Part shown: positions 28,653 through 37,669 of the stretch, piece by piece | How positions within the stretch are numbered: the first letter of the stretch is position 1 | How the letters are laid out: each line of letters opens with the position of its first letter | NCBI GenBank assembly: GCA_000437355.1 | Contig: FR899775.1 | Span: forward strand, 32,523 to 96,522 | DNA: 64,000 nt | Direction: 5' to 3' | Source of the DNA: Firmicutes bacterium CAG:460 | Lineage (GTDB): Bacteria; Bacillota_I; Bacilli_A; RF39; UBA660 | Translations under genes and position numbers: made by a program | The notes under the pieces: model-generated | The model's input: the letters and a program-made list of their open reading frames with translations, nothing else | Database searches by the model: none | Told to the model about the DNA's origin: nothing

Positions 28653-29963
28653 TTAAATTTTTTCTCTTTTTAAAACAACATTTTTATTACTTTTATTAAT
28701 TGCTCTTTTAGCATCAAGATAATCTACAGCTTTATTAATTATACTTATTTCACTAGAGTTTAGTAAATCATCATCTAAAGGCATTCCAATCATACTAGCA
28801 AATTTTAATAAATATTTTTTATCAATTTTTCCTGAAGTTAACAAATCATATAAACTAATATAATTTCTAATGAATGTTGATCTATGAAATTCAAATGTTT
28901 CTTCTCCAAATGGTGTAAAACCTGTACAATAAAGTCTACTATTAGCATAACCAGTTTTAAGCAAGATAGTTTCACCATCGTATTTTTCTTTTATTTTAAC
29001 AAAAACATTTTTCGTTTTAGATTGAACTATATCATATATTTCTTCGACATTTTCAAACTTAATACTTGTAAGAGTTCTTAAAATATCTCTACTTTCTTGA
29101 CCTTTTAATACTCTTTTTAATATTTCCTTTATCATTTCAAGCATTTTATTGGCAACATCTATTTTACTTAAATCATTTTTACCTGATGAATTTATTCTAG
29201 TATTATAATTTTCTTTAATTAAAGCTAAACTAGAAAAAACATCACTTTTTCTTGATTGAAATTTTTCTAAAGATAAATTCATACCAAAAACTAATGAATC
29301 TAAATACGCATAGCGACCTTCCCAAAGAGCTAGACTAATATTGTTTAGAAAAATTATTAATGAATCTGGGGCACAATCTCCGATTATATTTTCTAACTTT
29401 GAAACTGTTTCACAATATACTTGATGTTTATTCATCATAGTTGCTAAATTCTTTAACATTTTATTTATTTCATTTACATTTTTATTAAAATCTATAGAAC
29501 TATCAATTTCAATTAATTTACGTTTTATTTCATCAACAAAATTAATTATTACTAAATTATTTTCTTTTCCTTCAGTTAATTCTTGTATTCTTTTTTCTGT
29601 TTTAAATACTAAATGTCTATTTCTAACATAAACTTTTATTATTTCATGCACTTGGTTAACAAATGTATCAAAATTACAATCAAAATTTAAATCAATATAT
29701 GCCGTTATTTTATGACTTGCAAATATTTCATTAGCATATTCTTTGAACTTTATTTTTAAATTATTTATTAAAATATTATATTCCTCATCTAATTTATTTT
29801 TATCTTCAAAAAAATCAAAACCATCAATTAATCTATTAATAGATGTTGCATATTTTTCTTCTAAGGAACCATTTAAATATTTTCTATTACCCCTTATTTT
29901 CATTAAATTATTTACTAAACATTCATAATGTTTATATAATGTAAATCTTTCATTATCACTCAT
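28653..29963 (-). CDS. Hypothetical protein (about 436 aa), a J-less paralog of the 481-aa protein
   Basis: By-eye alignment to the post-J region of the neighbour gives three matching segments:
- LEEKYATSINRLI with LEFKYANAIDNVI;
- NFDCNFDTFVNQVHEI with INDDCSFDDYVKEVNEI;
- the C-terminal VVLKREKI with ILKREKNK.
ATG 29963 lies 7 nt after AAGGAG. Confidence 0.65.
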   Translation of the reverse strand: MSDNERFTLYKHYECLVNNLMKIRGNRKYLNGSLEEKYATSINRLIDGFDFFEDKNKLDEEYNILINNLKIKFKEYANEIFASHKITAYIDLNFDCNFDTFVNQVHEIIKVYVRNRHLVFKTEKRIQELTEGKENNLVIINFVDEIKRKLIEIDSSIDFNKNVNEINKMLKNLATMMNKHQVYCETVSKLENIIGDCAPDSLIIFLNNISLALWEGRYAYLDSLVFGMNLSLEKFQSRKSDVFSSLALIKENYNTRINSSGKNDLSKIDVANKMLEMIKEILKRVLKGQESRDILRTLTSIKFENVEEIYDIVQSKTKNVFVKIKEKYDGETILLKTGYANSRLYCTGFTPFGEETFEFHRSTFIRNYISLYDLLTSGKIDKKYLLKFASMIGMPLDDDLLNSSEISIINKAVDYLDAKRAINKSNKNVVLKREKI

Positions 29964-29975
29964 AACCATTCTCCT

Positions 29976-31415
29976 TTACTTAACTTTCTTCCTTGGAACT
30001 GATGTTTCAATTACTAAATTTCCATCTAGAACCATTTTATTTCTATCTTCAGCATTTTTCATTAGTTCTTTTAATTCTTCAATATACTTTTTATTTAAAT
30101 GATATCTATTTATATCTAAGTTAAAACCTTCATTTATAGAGTGAACTCCAATAATTAGATATGTATCAAAAGCTATTTTACAAAAACTAATTGATAGATT
30201 AGAACCATTTATAAATAGTAATTCTCCAGCTTTTAAGTTTCCATCTAAAACTGTACGATGATTATTACCACTTTTAACTTTTTCAAGTAATAAATCTATT
30301 TTACTTTTTAAACTATTATCAACATTATCTAAGTCTTCTTTAAAATAGCAATTACCTTTAATATCATTTAAGAAAACAACTTCTGGTTTTCTAATCTTTT
30401 TATCTATATGAAACATATTTAATAATATTTTTAATTTATTAATGGCATCATTTATTATTTCATCAAAATATTCTTTATCTTCATCATTATATAATTCTTC
30501 AAGACTTTGAATATCTAATAAAGCTTCCATGTAATAATCATAATCACTTCTGCCAACAAGAGAACTTATAAGGTTACATGCCATAAGATATATTTCTTTA
30601 TCTTCATCAGTTAAAAAACTTAATTTTTCTGTTTCTACTATAATTGGGTCAAGAGCTTCTTTTCTTACCTCAGACTTCTTTTCTTTTTTCATTTCAGGTT
30701 TCACTTCTCTTTTTATAGCAGTTTTTAAATATTCTTCATAACTACTTCTTAATTCAATCATTAATTTGTTAGATAAAGAAGTATACTTTATTAATTTTAA
30801 TTCATCATTATTTATACCAAGTTCTTTTAGCCTTGTAGCTTTACTTAATTGATTAAATAAAATCATAAATAATTCAGCATCTCCACCATTTTGAAAATTA
30901 CCATAAATATCAAAATAATTACTTAGTGGTCGTAAACTTTCAAAATCACATTTCCATAAATCTTCAGGAGTTTTATTTTCACCAGTTTTCTTACCTTTAA
31001 AGGAAATGGCACTGCCAAAGATTTTAATAGCTTCTTTGTTTGTTAGGTAATTTTTACCAATTATTGATATTAGTGTTACATAAAATAGTGGAAAGTCTTC
31101 AATTGCACCGATAGCTTTTTCATTATCAAAAGCCCTAATTTGGCTATCACATATATAAATTTGTGTATTTAACATTCCAATATGTTTTTTTAGTCTTTCT
31201 TTAGCACTTTTAATATCATATTTTGTTAAATCTCCAAGAGCTTCTTTTAAAATATTTGTTAATTCATTTGATTTAGTGTCTTTTAGCATTTCAACATACT
31301 TTTGAAAATCTAATGGCCAAAGTTCTAACATATTTACAATATTTTTATAACCTTGCAAATCACTAATCATATTACTTTTAACATTTTTCATATATTTTTT
31401 AAATTTAATAAACAT
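29976..31415 (-). CDS. Hypothetical protein (479 aa), first gene of the operon
   Basis: Long ORF with RBS GGGGGA 5 nt before the ATG and a promoter directly upstream. It has a charged low-complexity linker (EVKPEMKKEKKSEVRKE) and no recognisable domain. Confidence 0.6.
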   Translation of the reverse strand: MFIKFKKYMKNVKSNMISDLQGYKNIVNMLELWPLDFQKYVEMLKDTKSNELTNILKEALGDLTKYDIKSAKERLKKHIGMLNTQIYICDSQIRAFDNEKAIGAIEDFPLFYVTLISIIGKNYLTNKEAIKIFGSAISFKGKKTGENKTPEDLWKCDFESLRPLSNYFDIYGNFQNGGDAELFMILFNQLSKATRLKELGINNDELKLIKYTSLSNKLMIELRSSYEEYLKTAIKREVKPEMKKEKKSEVRKEALDPIIVETEKLSFLTDEDKEIYLMACNLISSLVGRSDYDYYMEALLDIQSLEELYNDEDKEYFDEIINDAINKLKILLNMFHIDKKIRKPEVVFLNDIKGNCYFKEDLDNVDNSLKSKIDLLLEKVKSGNNHRTVLDGNLKAGELLFINGSNLSISFCKIAFDTYLIIGVHSINEGFNLDINRYHLNKKYIEELKELMKNAEDRNKMVLDGNLVIETSVPRKKVK

Positions 31416-31444
31416 ATATATCCCCCTTAAACAAGTGTTTTTCT

Positions 31445-31473
31445 ATCTTACCACAAAATGCCTGATTTTGCAA
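31445..31473 (-). promoter_or_regulatory. Promoter of the 479/438/481/231-aa operon
   Basis: On the minus strand: TTGCAA (31473-31468), a 17-nt spacer, then TGgTAAGAT (-10 at 31450-31445). Confidence 0.55.
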
Positions 31474-31480
31474 GAAAATA

Positions 31481-31509
31481 TTGACTTCTATTAGGAATTA
31501 TCCTATAAT
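31481..31509 (+). promoter_or_regulatory. Promoter of the 964-aa gene
   Basis: TTGACT (31481-31486), a 17-nt spacer, then TATAAT (31504-31509). RBS GGAGGGGG (31523-31530) follows, then ATG 31536. Confidence 0.65.
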
Positions 31510-31535
31510 AAAAACTACTTTAGGAGGGGGTACTC

Positions 31536-34430
31536 ATGAGTTTATTTTTTAAGTTTTTCAAAAAATCTAAATTAAACCAAGAGGTTTTATGTCTTGTTAA
31601 CTTACAAGATAGTATTATCATGCCTCCGAATAGTTTTTTTGACAACGTTAAAAATAAAGAACTTTGTGAACAATATTATCAAGAATATAAAAGAATTTTA
31701 TCTAATAAAAAGACAATATTAAGTACTCATTTAAAATCAATAGAAACTGATGATATCAGAGTTTACATAGATATTTTAACTAGTTTAGAAATACATATTC
31801 ATGATATTTTAAGTAATTCAAATAGCAAAGGATATAACTATGAATATGTAACCAATTTACTTGCAAGACTCAATGGTTATGCTCACATTTTAAAGGCTAT
31901 CGAAGAAGAATCTTTTTTAAGAATGGCAGCTTTATCAAGTCTTAAATCTATTCCATTTTTATCTAATAACAAAAAGAATGCTATAGATAATGAAATATCT
32001 AGATTACAAATTCAAATATTTAATGCGCAGAAAGATATTGAATTAATAAATTTACAAACTAACTCATGTTTTTCAATAATAGAAAATTCAAATTTAGAAA
32101 AAGATCCTAAATATTATAATGATTTACGTGGAAGACTTATTGGTTATATTTCTACATTTATACCTGATTCATTAAAAGAATATATAGAAAATTATCAAGA
32201 TAAAAATTATCTTACATTAATGCAAATAAAGTTAGAAGTATTACTTTTTAAAAACAAAAATATATTAAAAGATTTGGAAAATGAATTTGATAATCTTTTG
32301 GAATTTACACATTTAGACAGAATTACAAGAATACACTCTATAAATAGATTAATTACTAAATATATGGCAATCAAAGAATATAAAAGAATTGAAAACAAAG
32401 AACTTCTTTATAAACTTGTAGAATACAAAGTAAATTCTTGCGAAATAGATTATGGTAACTATAGAGAAATTTTACATGACTATGCAAGGTCTAAAGAAGA
32501 AAAAGAAATTATGAAAGAAGTATTCTTTGAAAAAGTAAGCACTTTTATGCAAAGTAATGGTGTTTTTGAAGAATATAAAAAATTTGATTTTTCAAAAAGA
32601 GATTATAGAATATTAGCTAACTTAATAAATAATGCTGTAAAAAATGAATATGGTGTTTTTGATTATGGTAGAATATTATGTTCTCCAGAACTAACAATGT
32701 TATTATTTTCTATTAATAATCCTTATAAAATGAAAGAATTTTTCCAAAACTATCAAGTAAGTAATTGCACATATCTTGCAGCTACATCATTAAAAAGAAA
32801 TATGTTTGAATTTGAAGAATATATTCCACTTGAAACAGTGATGCAATTAACTGAGGTGTTTTTAAAAAATCCCCATCATAAAGATAGAATATTAAAAGAT
32901 AAAGAACTTTATGATTTATATAAGATATATGATTGCTTATTATATTCTGTAATAAAGCCCAAATCCCCATCTCACGTTTTTGAAAATGTTTCAAAAATTA
33001 CAATTACTGGTCAAAATATTTTATTTTATCCAGAATTAATAAAAATTTATAACAAAGAAATGGCGCAAGGAAGAAAGTTAGTATTTCCTAAATCATTAAA
33101 AAAGCTAACTATTAGAGTAGATAACTATGATAGAGAATTTTTAAAATTTTACGAATTTGAACTAAATGAAGGGCTTGAAGATTTATCTATTTTAGAAACA
33201 CATACCTATGCAACACCACCAAAAGTATTAGAGTTACCTTCTACTCTTGAACACTGTGAGATAACTATAAGGCCAGAAACTATAAGATTTAGAGATTATA
33301 CAAATTCACAATTATTAGTAAGCGAAATAAGATTTAAAAATTTTTTGAAAAATTTAATGCATGCCCAAAGATTATTAACACCCAATGAATTACCACTAAT
33401 TAAAACTATTGAATTCAAAGGAAAATCATCTATTACAACTTTTAGTCTTAATATTAGAAAACTTGTATTTGGTCGTAAATTTGAACGTGAAACAATATAT
33501 AATGATTTTCAAAATAAAGTAAAAGAAATGTACGAAAAACTATATGAAGTAGTTCAAGCATTTGAGTTAGAAATTCCTAAAGAAGAAGCAAATTTTGATA
33601 ATTTAAAAAAACTAGAAGATGAATTATATAATTATGTACAATCACAATACAAAGAAATAACAAGTTTTGATATAATGATGGAAACAGATATACTTGCAGC
33701 AAAATATGATAAATATACAAGAGATGCAGAAGCAGACAAAGATAAACTATTAAAAGAAATGAATAATAAAATTTTAAAATTAAGATATATTATTGAAACG
33801 TTATCAATTTACACAAATACTGAAGATGCAATTGAAGATTTTAAATCACTTTTAACAATAAAGTTTAAATTATTAATTAGTATTCTTCCTGAGTCAAGTA
33901 AACCACTTATTGATGAAGATACTCCAAAAGATGAAGTAGAATTATTTAAAGATTTATTAATTGATTATTTGAAAAATTTTGTAATTTATATTTATAAAGA
34001 TAAAGAATTATCAAAAAAAATAGAAGAAATAATTGAAAAATATCGTGGAGACTATAGTTATTTTGAATACTTATTAAGAAATCCATTTTTATTAAAGTTA
34101 AAATTGTCAATTGAAGACCCAAATTATCATGATACCATGTTAGATGTGTTTAAAAAACATAAAGTAAAAACACCTAAAGAAATAATTGATAAGGTGAAAA
34201 ACAAAAATCAAGAAGATTGTATTTCTTATCTTCAATTGATGAAAATTATTATAAAAATTGAAAACATATCTACTCCATCAGAAAGTAATTTTACTTTTAA
34301 TCCCTATCTTGATGATTTATCTCTTATATATAAAAGAGCTAAATCTAAGCTATATAATTATAATTTTGTAGAATATGAAACATTTGAACTTGATGCTAGT
34401 GAAAGCCAAAAATTAATTAGGAAAAAATAA
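31536..34430 (+). CDS. Large hypothetical protein (964 aa)
   Basis: Uninterrupted ORF with a strong promoter and RBS. It looks mostly helical and K/E/N-rich. The central stretch (LVFPKSLKKLTIRV..., VLELPSTLEHCEITI..., LPLIKTIEFKG...) is faintly leucine-rich-repeat-like. It has no P-loop, TM segment or signal peptide. Confidence 0.7.
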   Translation: MSLFFKFFKKSKLNQEVLCLVNLQDSIIMPPNSFFDNVKNKELCEQYYQEYKRILSNKKTILSTHLKSIETDDIRVYIDILTSLEIHIHDILSNSNSKGYNYEYVTNLLARLNGYAHILKAIEEESFLRMAALSSLKSIPFLSNNKKNAIDNEISRLQIQIFNAQKDIELINLQTNSCFSIIENSNLEKDPKYYNDLRGRLIGYISTFIPDSLKEYIENYQDKNYLTLMQIKLEVLLFKNKNILKDLENEFDNLLEFTHLDRITRIHSINRLITKYMAIKEYKRIENKELLYKLVEYKVNSCEIDYGNYREILHDYARSKEEKEIMKEVFFEKVSTFMQSNGVFEEYKKFDFSKRDYRILANLINNAVKNEYGVFDYGRILCSPELTMLLFSINNPYKMKEFFQNYQVSNCTYLAATSLKRNMFEFEEYIPLETVMQLTEVFLKNPHHKDRILKDKELYDLYKIYDCLLYSVIKPKSPSHVFENVSKITITGQNILFYPELIKIYNKEMAQGRKLVFPKSLKKLTIRVDNYDREFLKFYEFELNEGLEDLSILETHTYATPPKVLELPSTLEHCEITIRPETIRFRDYTNSQLLVSEIRFKNFLKNLMHAQRLLTPNELPLIKTIEFKGKSSITTFSLNIRKLVFGRKFERETIYNDFQNKVKEMYEKLYEVVQAFELEIPKEEANFDNLKKLEDELYNYVQSQYKEITSFDIMMETDILAAKYDKYTRDAEADKDKLLKEMNNKILKLRYIIETLSIYTNTEDAIEDFKSLLTIKFKLLISILPESSKPLIDEDTPKDEVELFKDLLIDYLKNFVIYIYKDKELSKKIEEIIEKYRGDYSYFEYLLRNPFLLKLKLSIEDPNYHDTMLDVFKKHKVKTPKEIIDKVKNKNQEDCISYLQLMKIIIKIENISTPSESNFTFNPYLDDLSLIYKRAKSKLYNYNFVEYETFELDASESQKLIRKK

Positions 34431-34545
34431 AATTGACAATAACTATGTTTTGTTGTACGTTGTATATAGCAAAGAAAATTTGCATAAATTAAAAATGGAA
34501 CATCCAGCTTTTTCGCGAGATTGGATGCTATCAAATATTGGTTTT

Positions 34546-34583
34546 GCATCTAAATCAACCTCGTTGATTCAGATGCGTTTTTC
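34546..34583 (+). terminator. Intrinsic terminator downstream of the 964-aa gene
   Basis: GCATCTAAATCAAC-ctc-GTTGATTCAGATGC forms 14 bp with one mismatch, followed by GTTTTT. Confidence 0.5.
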
Positions 34584-34596
34584 ATTTTACAATTAT

Positions 34597-34633
34597 AAAA
34601 ACTACAAAGTGTTGCAACACCTTGTAGTTTTTA
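34597..34633. terminator. Bidirectional terminator between convergent genes
   Basis: AAAA-ACTACAAAGTGTTG/CAACACCTTGTAGT-TTTT. It serves the gtrA-like gene on the minus strand. Confidence 0.55.
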
Positions 34634-35038
34634 GTTTTTCCTAAATATAACTAATTTTTGTAGGAAATAATTTATAATAAATATAATAGAGTCTATAATA
34701 ACTTTTATGAATGTAGCATTTAAATGAATATAATTATAAACCTTAGTTACAAGTAAACCAGAGATTGTAATATTAATTATAACAAGCAAGAAATATTCTA
34801 TAAAAGCTTTATAATTTCTTTTCTTTTCATTTTTAAATACATATTTTTTGTTAACAATATAATTAACTACACTAGATATTGCTCTAGCAACATAAGAAGA
34901 TAATAATATTGCATCAACAAATTTATCTTTTATAAAATAAAGTATTATGGAAAATGATATTATATCAACTATAAAAGATAATCCACTAGATAGTAAATAA
35001 GTAAATACAGTTTTATACTTATTTAAAAAATTTTTCAT
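34631..35038 (-). CDS. GtrA-family membrane protein
   Basis: 135 aa with four TM helices. Its size and pattern (VNYIVNKKYVF, INYFLQKLVIF) are typical of GtrA-like proteins. Confidence 0.65.
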   Translation of the reverse strand: MKNFLNKYKTVFTYLLSSGLSFIVDIISFSIILYFIKDKFVDAILLSSYVARAISSVVNYIVNKKYVFKNEKKRNYKAFIEYFLLVIINITISGLLVTKVYNYIHLNATFIKVIIDSIIFIINYFLQKLVIFRKN

Positions 35039-35473
35039 TTAAAACTCCATTATTAAAGTTATTGGACCATCATTAGAAATGTTAACCATCATTTCTGCTC
35101 CGAAAATACCTGGTTTAGTTACAACATACTTATTCATTTCTTCATTAAATGTTTCGTATAACTTAATTGCTTCTTCACCATTTAAGGCTTTCATATATGA
35201 AGGTCTATTTCCTTTGGTGGTATCTCCATATAAAGTAAATTGTGATATTGATAATATTTCTCCACCAACATCTAGGATTGATTTATTCATAATGCCTTCT
35301 TCATCATCAAATATTCTTAAATTAGCTATCTTTTTAGTCATTTTTAAAATATTATCAATTGTATCCCCTTGGGTAAAAGAAACCAATAAAACCATGCCAT
35401 TATCTATTTCATTTACTATCTTTTCTGAAACACTAACACTACTTTTTTTACTTCTTTGTACTACTACTTTCAC
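35039..35473 (-). CDS. dtd: D-aminoacyl-tRNA deacylase
   Basis: MKVVVQRSKKSSVSV..., SQFTLYGDTTKGNRPSY and the C-terminal NDGPITLIMEF. Confidence 0.9.
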   Translation of the reverse strand: MKVVVQRSKKSSVSVSEKIVNEIDNGMVLLVSFTQGDTIDNILKMTKKIANLRIFDDEEGIMNKSILDVGGEILSISQFTLYGDTTKGNRPSYMKALNGEEAIKLYETFNEEMNKYVVTKPGIFGAEMMVNISNDGPITLIMEF

Positions 35474-37599
35474 TACATTTCCTCCTTAACATCTATAACA
35501 TTATGTATTTTTCTAATACTTTTCATTACATTATCTAGTTCTTCTTTATCTTTTATTCTTATATTTAATTCATACATTGTTTTATTGTCAAATTCTTTTG
35601 TATTACAAGACCTTACAATACAACCAAGTTTACCTACTTCTGTAATAATATTTACTAGTAAATCAAAACCTGATGCAACATAAACATAAATATTAGTAAA
35701 GTAATAATTACTTGCATCCATATTCCATGATACATCTACTACTCTTTCACTATTATTTGGGACATTTGCACAACCTTTTTTGTGAACACTTATCCCTTGA
35801 CCTTTTGTAATAAATCCAACTATTTCATCACCTTTAATTGGCATACAGCATTTAGCAATATTAACCATGATATTAGAGTTTCCTTCAACTAAAATATCGC
35901 TCTTATAATTGATTTTAGGTATAGATAATTTTCTTTCAAATAAAGCATCATCTACTTCATGTCTATCTTCTTTGGTTAAATTAATAATATAACCTGCCGT
36001 AAATCTTAGTGAACCAATACTTAAATAAATCTCATCTAAATCTTTAACTTTTAAATCTTTAATTAATTTATCAATTACTTCTGGAGTTAAAACTTCATTA
36101 AAAGCCATCTTACGTTTTCTAAGTTCGGTTTCTAAAATGTTTTTACCTTTTAAAATATATTCTTCTTTGTCTTGTTTACTGAAGAAAGCCTTAATTTTGT
36201 TTCTTGCTTGATTAGTTTTAACAAATGGAAGCCAGTCTTTATTCGGTGTACTATTATTATTTGTTTTAATATTTACAACATCATCGTTTTTAAGTTCATA
36301 TGAAAGTGGCACAATTTGGTCATTTACGATTGCTCCAACAGTGGTGTCTCCAACTCTAGAATGAATTCGATAAGCAAAATCAACTGGAGTTGACCCAATT
36401 GGTAACTCAACAACATCGCCTTTCGGTGTATAAGTATAGATTAAATCGCTGAAAATATCTGCATTAACAGCATTTTCAAAATCAGCATCAGTATCATTAT
36501 TACTTGATTCAATAACATTTCTAAACATTTCTAATTTTTGTTCCATCACATTTTGAATCTTTTTAGTACCTTTTTCTTTATAAGACCAGTGACTTGCAAT
36601 ACCTTTTTCAGCAATTTCATCCATTTCATAGGTTCTTACTTGAATTTCAAAAACATGTCCTTCAACCCCAAAAACAGTGGTATGCAAACTTTGATACATA
36701 TTTTCTTTTGGACTTGCTATATAATCTTTAAATCTCTTTGGCATTGGTCTAAATCTAGAATGTATTAAACCAATAACTTGATAACAATCAGATTCTTCTT
36801 CTACAAATATTCTTAAAGCTAAGATATCATATATTTTATTCCATTCTTTTCCATTAGATAATTTATTATAAATACTATAAACGCTTTTAACTCTACCTTT
36901 TATTTCAAATTTAATACCAGCTTCGGTTAAAATATCTATAATACTTTCTTTCATTTCTTCTAAACAATCATTTAATTCATCAACTGTTTCATTTAATTTT
37001 TCAAGTATATCATTGTAAACATCTGGTTTTAAATAATAAAGTGATAAGTTTTCTAACTCACTTTTAATAGAATTAATGCCTAAACGATGAGCAATTGGTA
37101 CTAAAACAGACATTGTTTCTTCAGCTTTTTGCTTTTGTTTAGATGGATTAATTGCCCAGTTGGTACGCATGTTATGTAATCTATCAGCAAGTTTAATATA
37201 CATAACTCGAACATCTTGGGCAAGTCCAACTAATATTTTTCTTAAATATATAACACTAGATTCATTATTATCAGGTAACTCTAACTTATTAATTTTAGAC
37301 ACACTTAAAACAATCTTAGCTATATCTTTTCCAAAATCATTAACTAAATCTTCATATGTTTTATTACCATTATTGATAACTTCATGTAAAAGTGATGCAA
37401 TAATGGTAGTATCATCAACATTTAAATCCATAAGAATTTTTGTAACTTCTAAAGGATGAGTTATAAAATCATCTCCAGTAAGTCGTTTCATTCCCTTATG
37501 TTCATTATAGGCATATTCATATGCTTTTTTTATTGTTTCAAATTGTTCCCTTTTTTCTAATCTTGGAACTAATTCTTCAAAATTAATTGTATCTGGCAA
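35473..37599 (-). CDS. relA: Bifunctional (p)ppGpp synthetase/hydrolase (RelA/SpoT homolog)
   Basis: HD domain (HPLEV...LLHEVI), synthetase domain (YQSLHTTV), and TGS and ACT regions. The start was taken as TTG 37599, 5 nt after GGAAGGTGG. The tracked ORF extends 15 codons further upstream. Confidence 0.9.
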   Translation of the reverse strand: MPDTINFEELVPRLEKREQFETIKKAYEYAYNEHKGMKRLTGDDFITHPLEVTKILMDLNVDDTTIIASLLHEVINNGNKTYEDLVNDFGKDIAKIVLSVSKINKLELPDNNESSVIYLRKILVGLAQDVRVMYIKLADRLHNMRTNWAINPSKQKQKAEETMSVLVPIAHRLGINSIKSELENLSLYYLKPDVYNDILEKLNETVDELNDCLEEMKESIIDILTEAGIKFEIKGRVKSVYSIYNKLSNGKEWNKIYDILALRIFVEEESDCYQVIGLIHSRFRPMPKRFKDYIASPKENMYQSLHTTVFGVEGHVFEIQVRTYEMDEIAEKGIASHWSYKEKGTKKIQNVMEQKLEMFRNVIESSNNDTDADFENAVNADIFSDLIYTYTPKGDVVELPIGSTPVDFAYRIHSRVGDTTVGAIVNDQIVPLSYELKNDDVVNIKTNNNSTPNKDWLPFVKTNQARNKIKAFFSKQDKEEYILKGKNILETELRKRKMAFNEVLTPEVIDKLIKDLKVKDLDEIYLSIGSLRFTAGYIINLTKEDRHEVDDALFERKLSIPKINYKSDILVEGNSNIMVNIAKCCMPIKGDEIVGFITKGQGISVHKKGCANVPNNSERVVDVSWNMDASNYYFTNIYVYVASGFDLLVNIITEVGKLGCIVRSCNTKEFDNKTMYELNIRIKDKEELDNVMKSIRKIHNVIDVKEEM

Positions 37600-37669
37600 A
37601 ATAACCACCTTCCAACATATATTTATTATATAACAAAATTGCATTTAAATAAAGGAGAAATTGTATTAC

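Noticed and set aside
27569-34549. Short antisense ORFs within the unknown-function block (27569..27766, 28884..29081, 29743..29928, 32207..32398, 32782..32994, 34358..34549).
   Set aside because: These show the same shadow-ORF pattern. The long sense ORFs have RBSs, promoters and paralog support.
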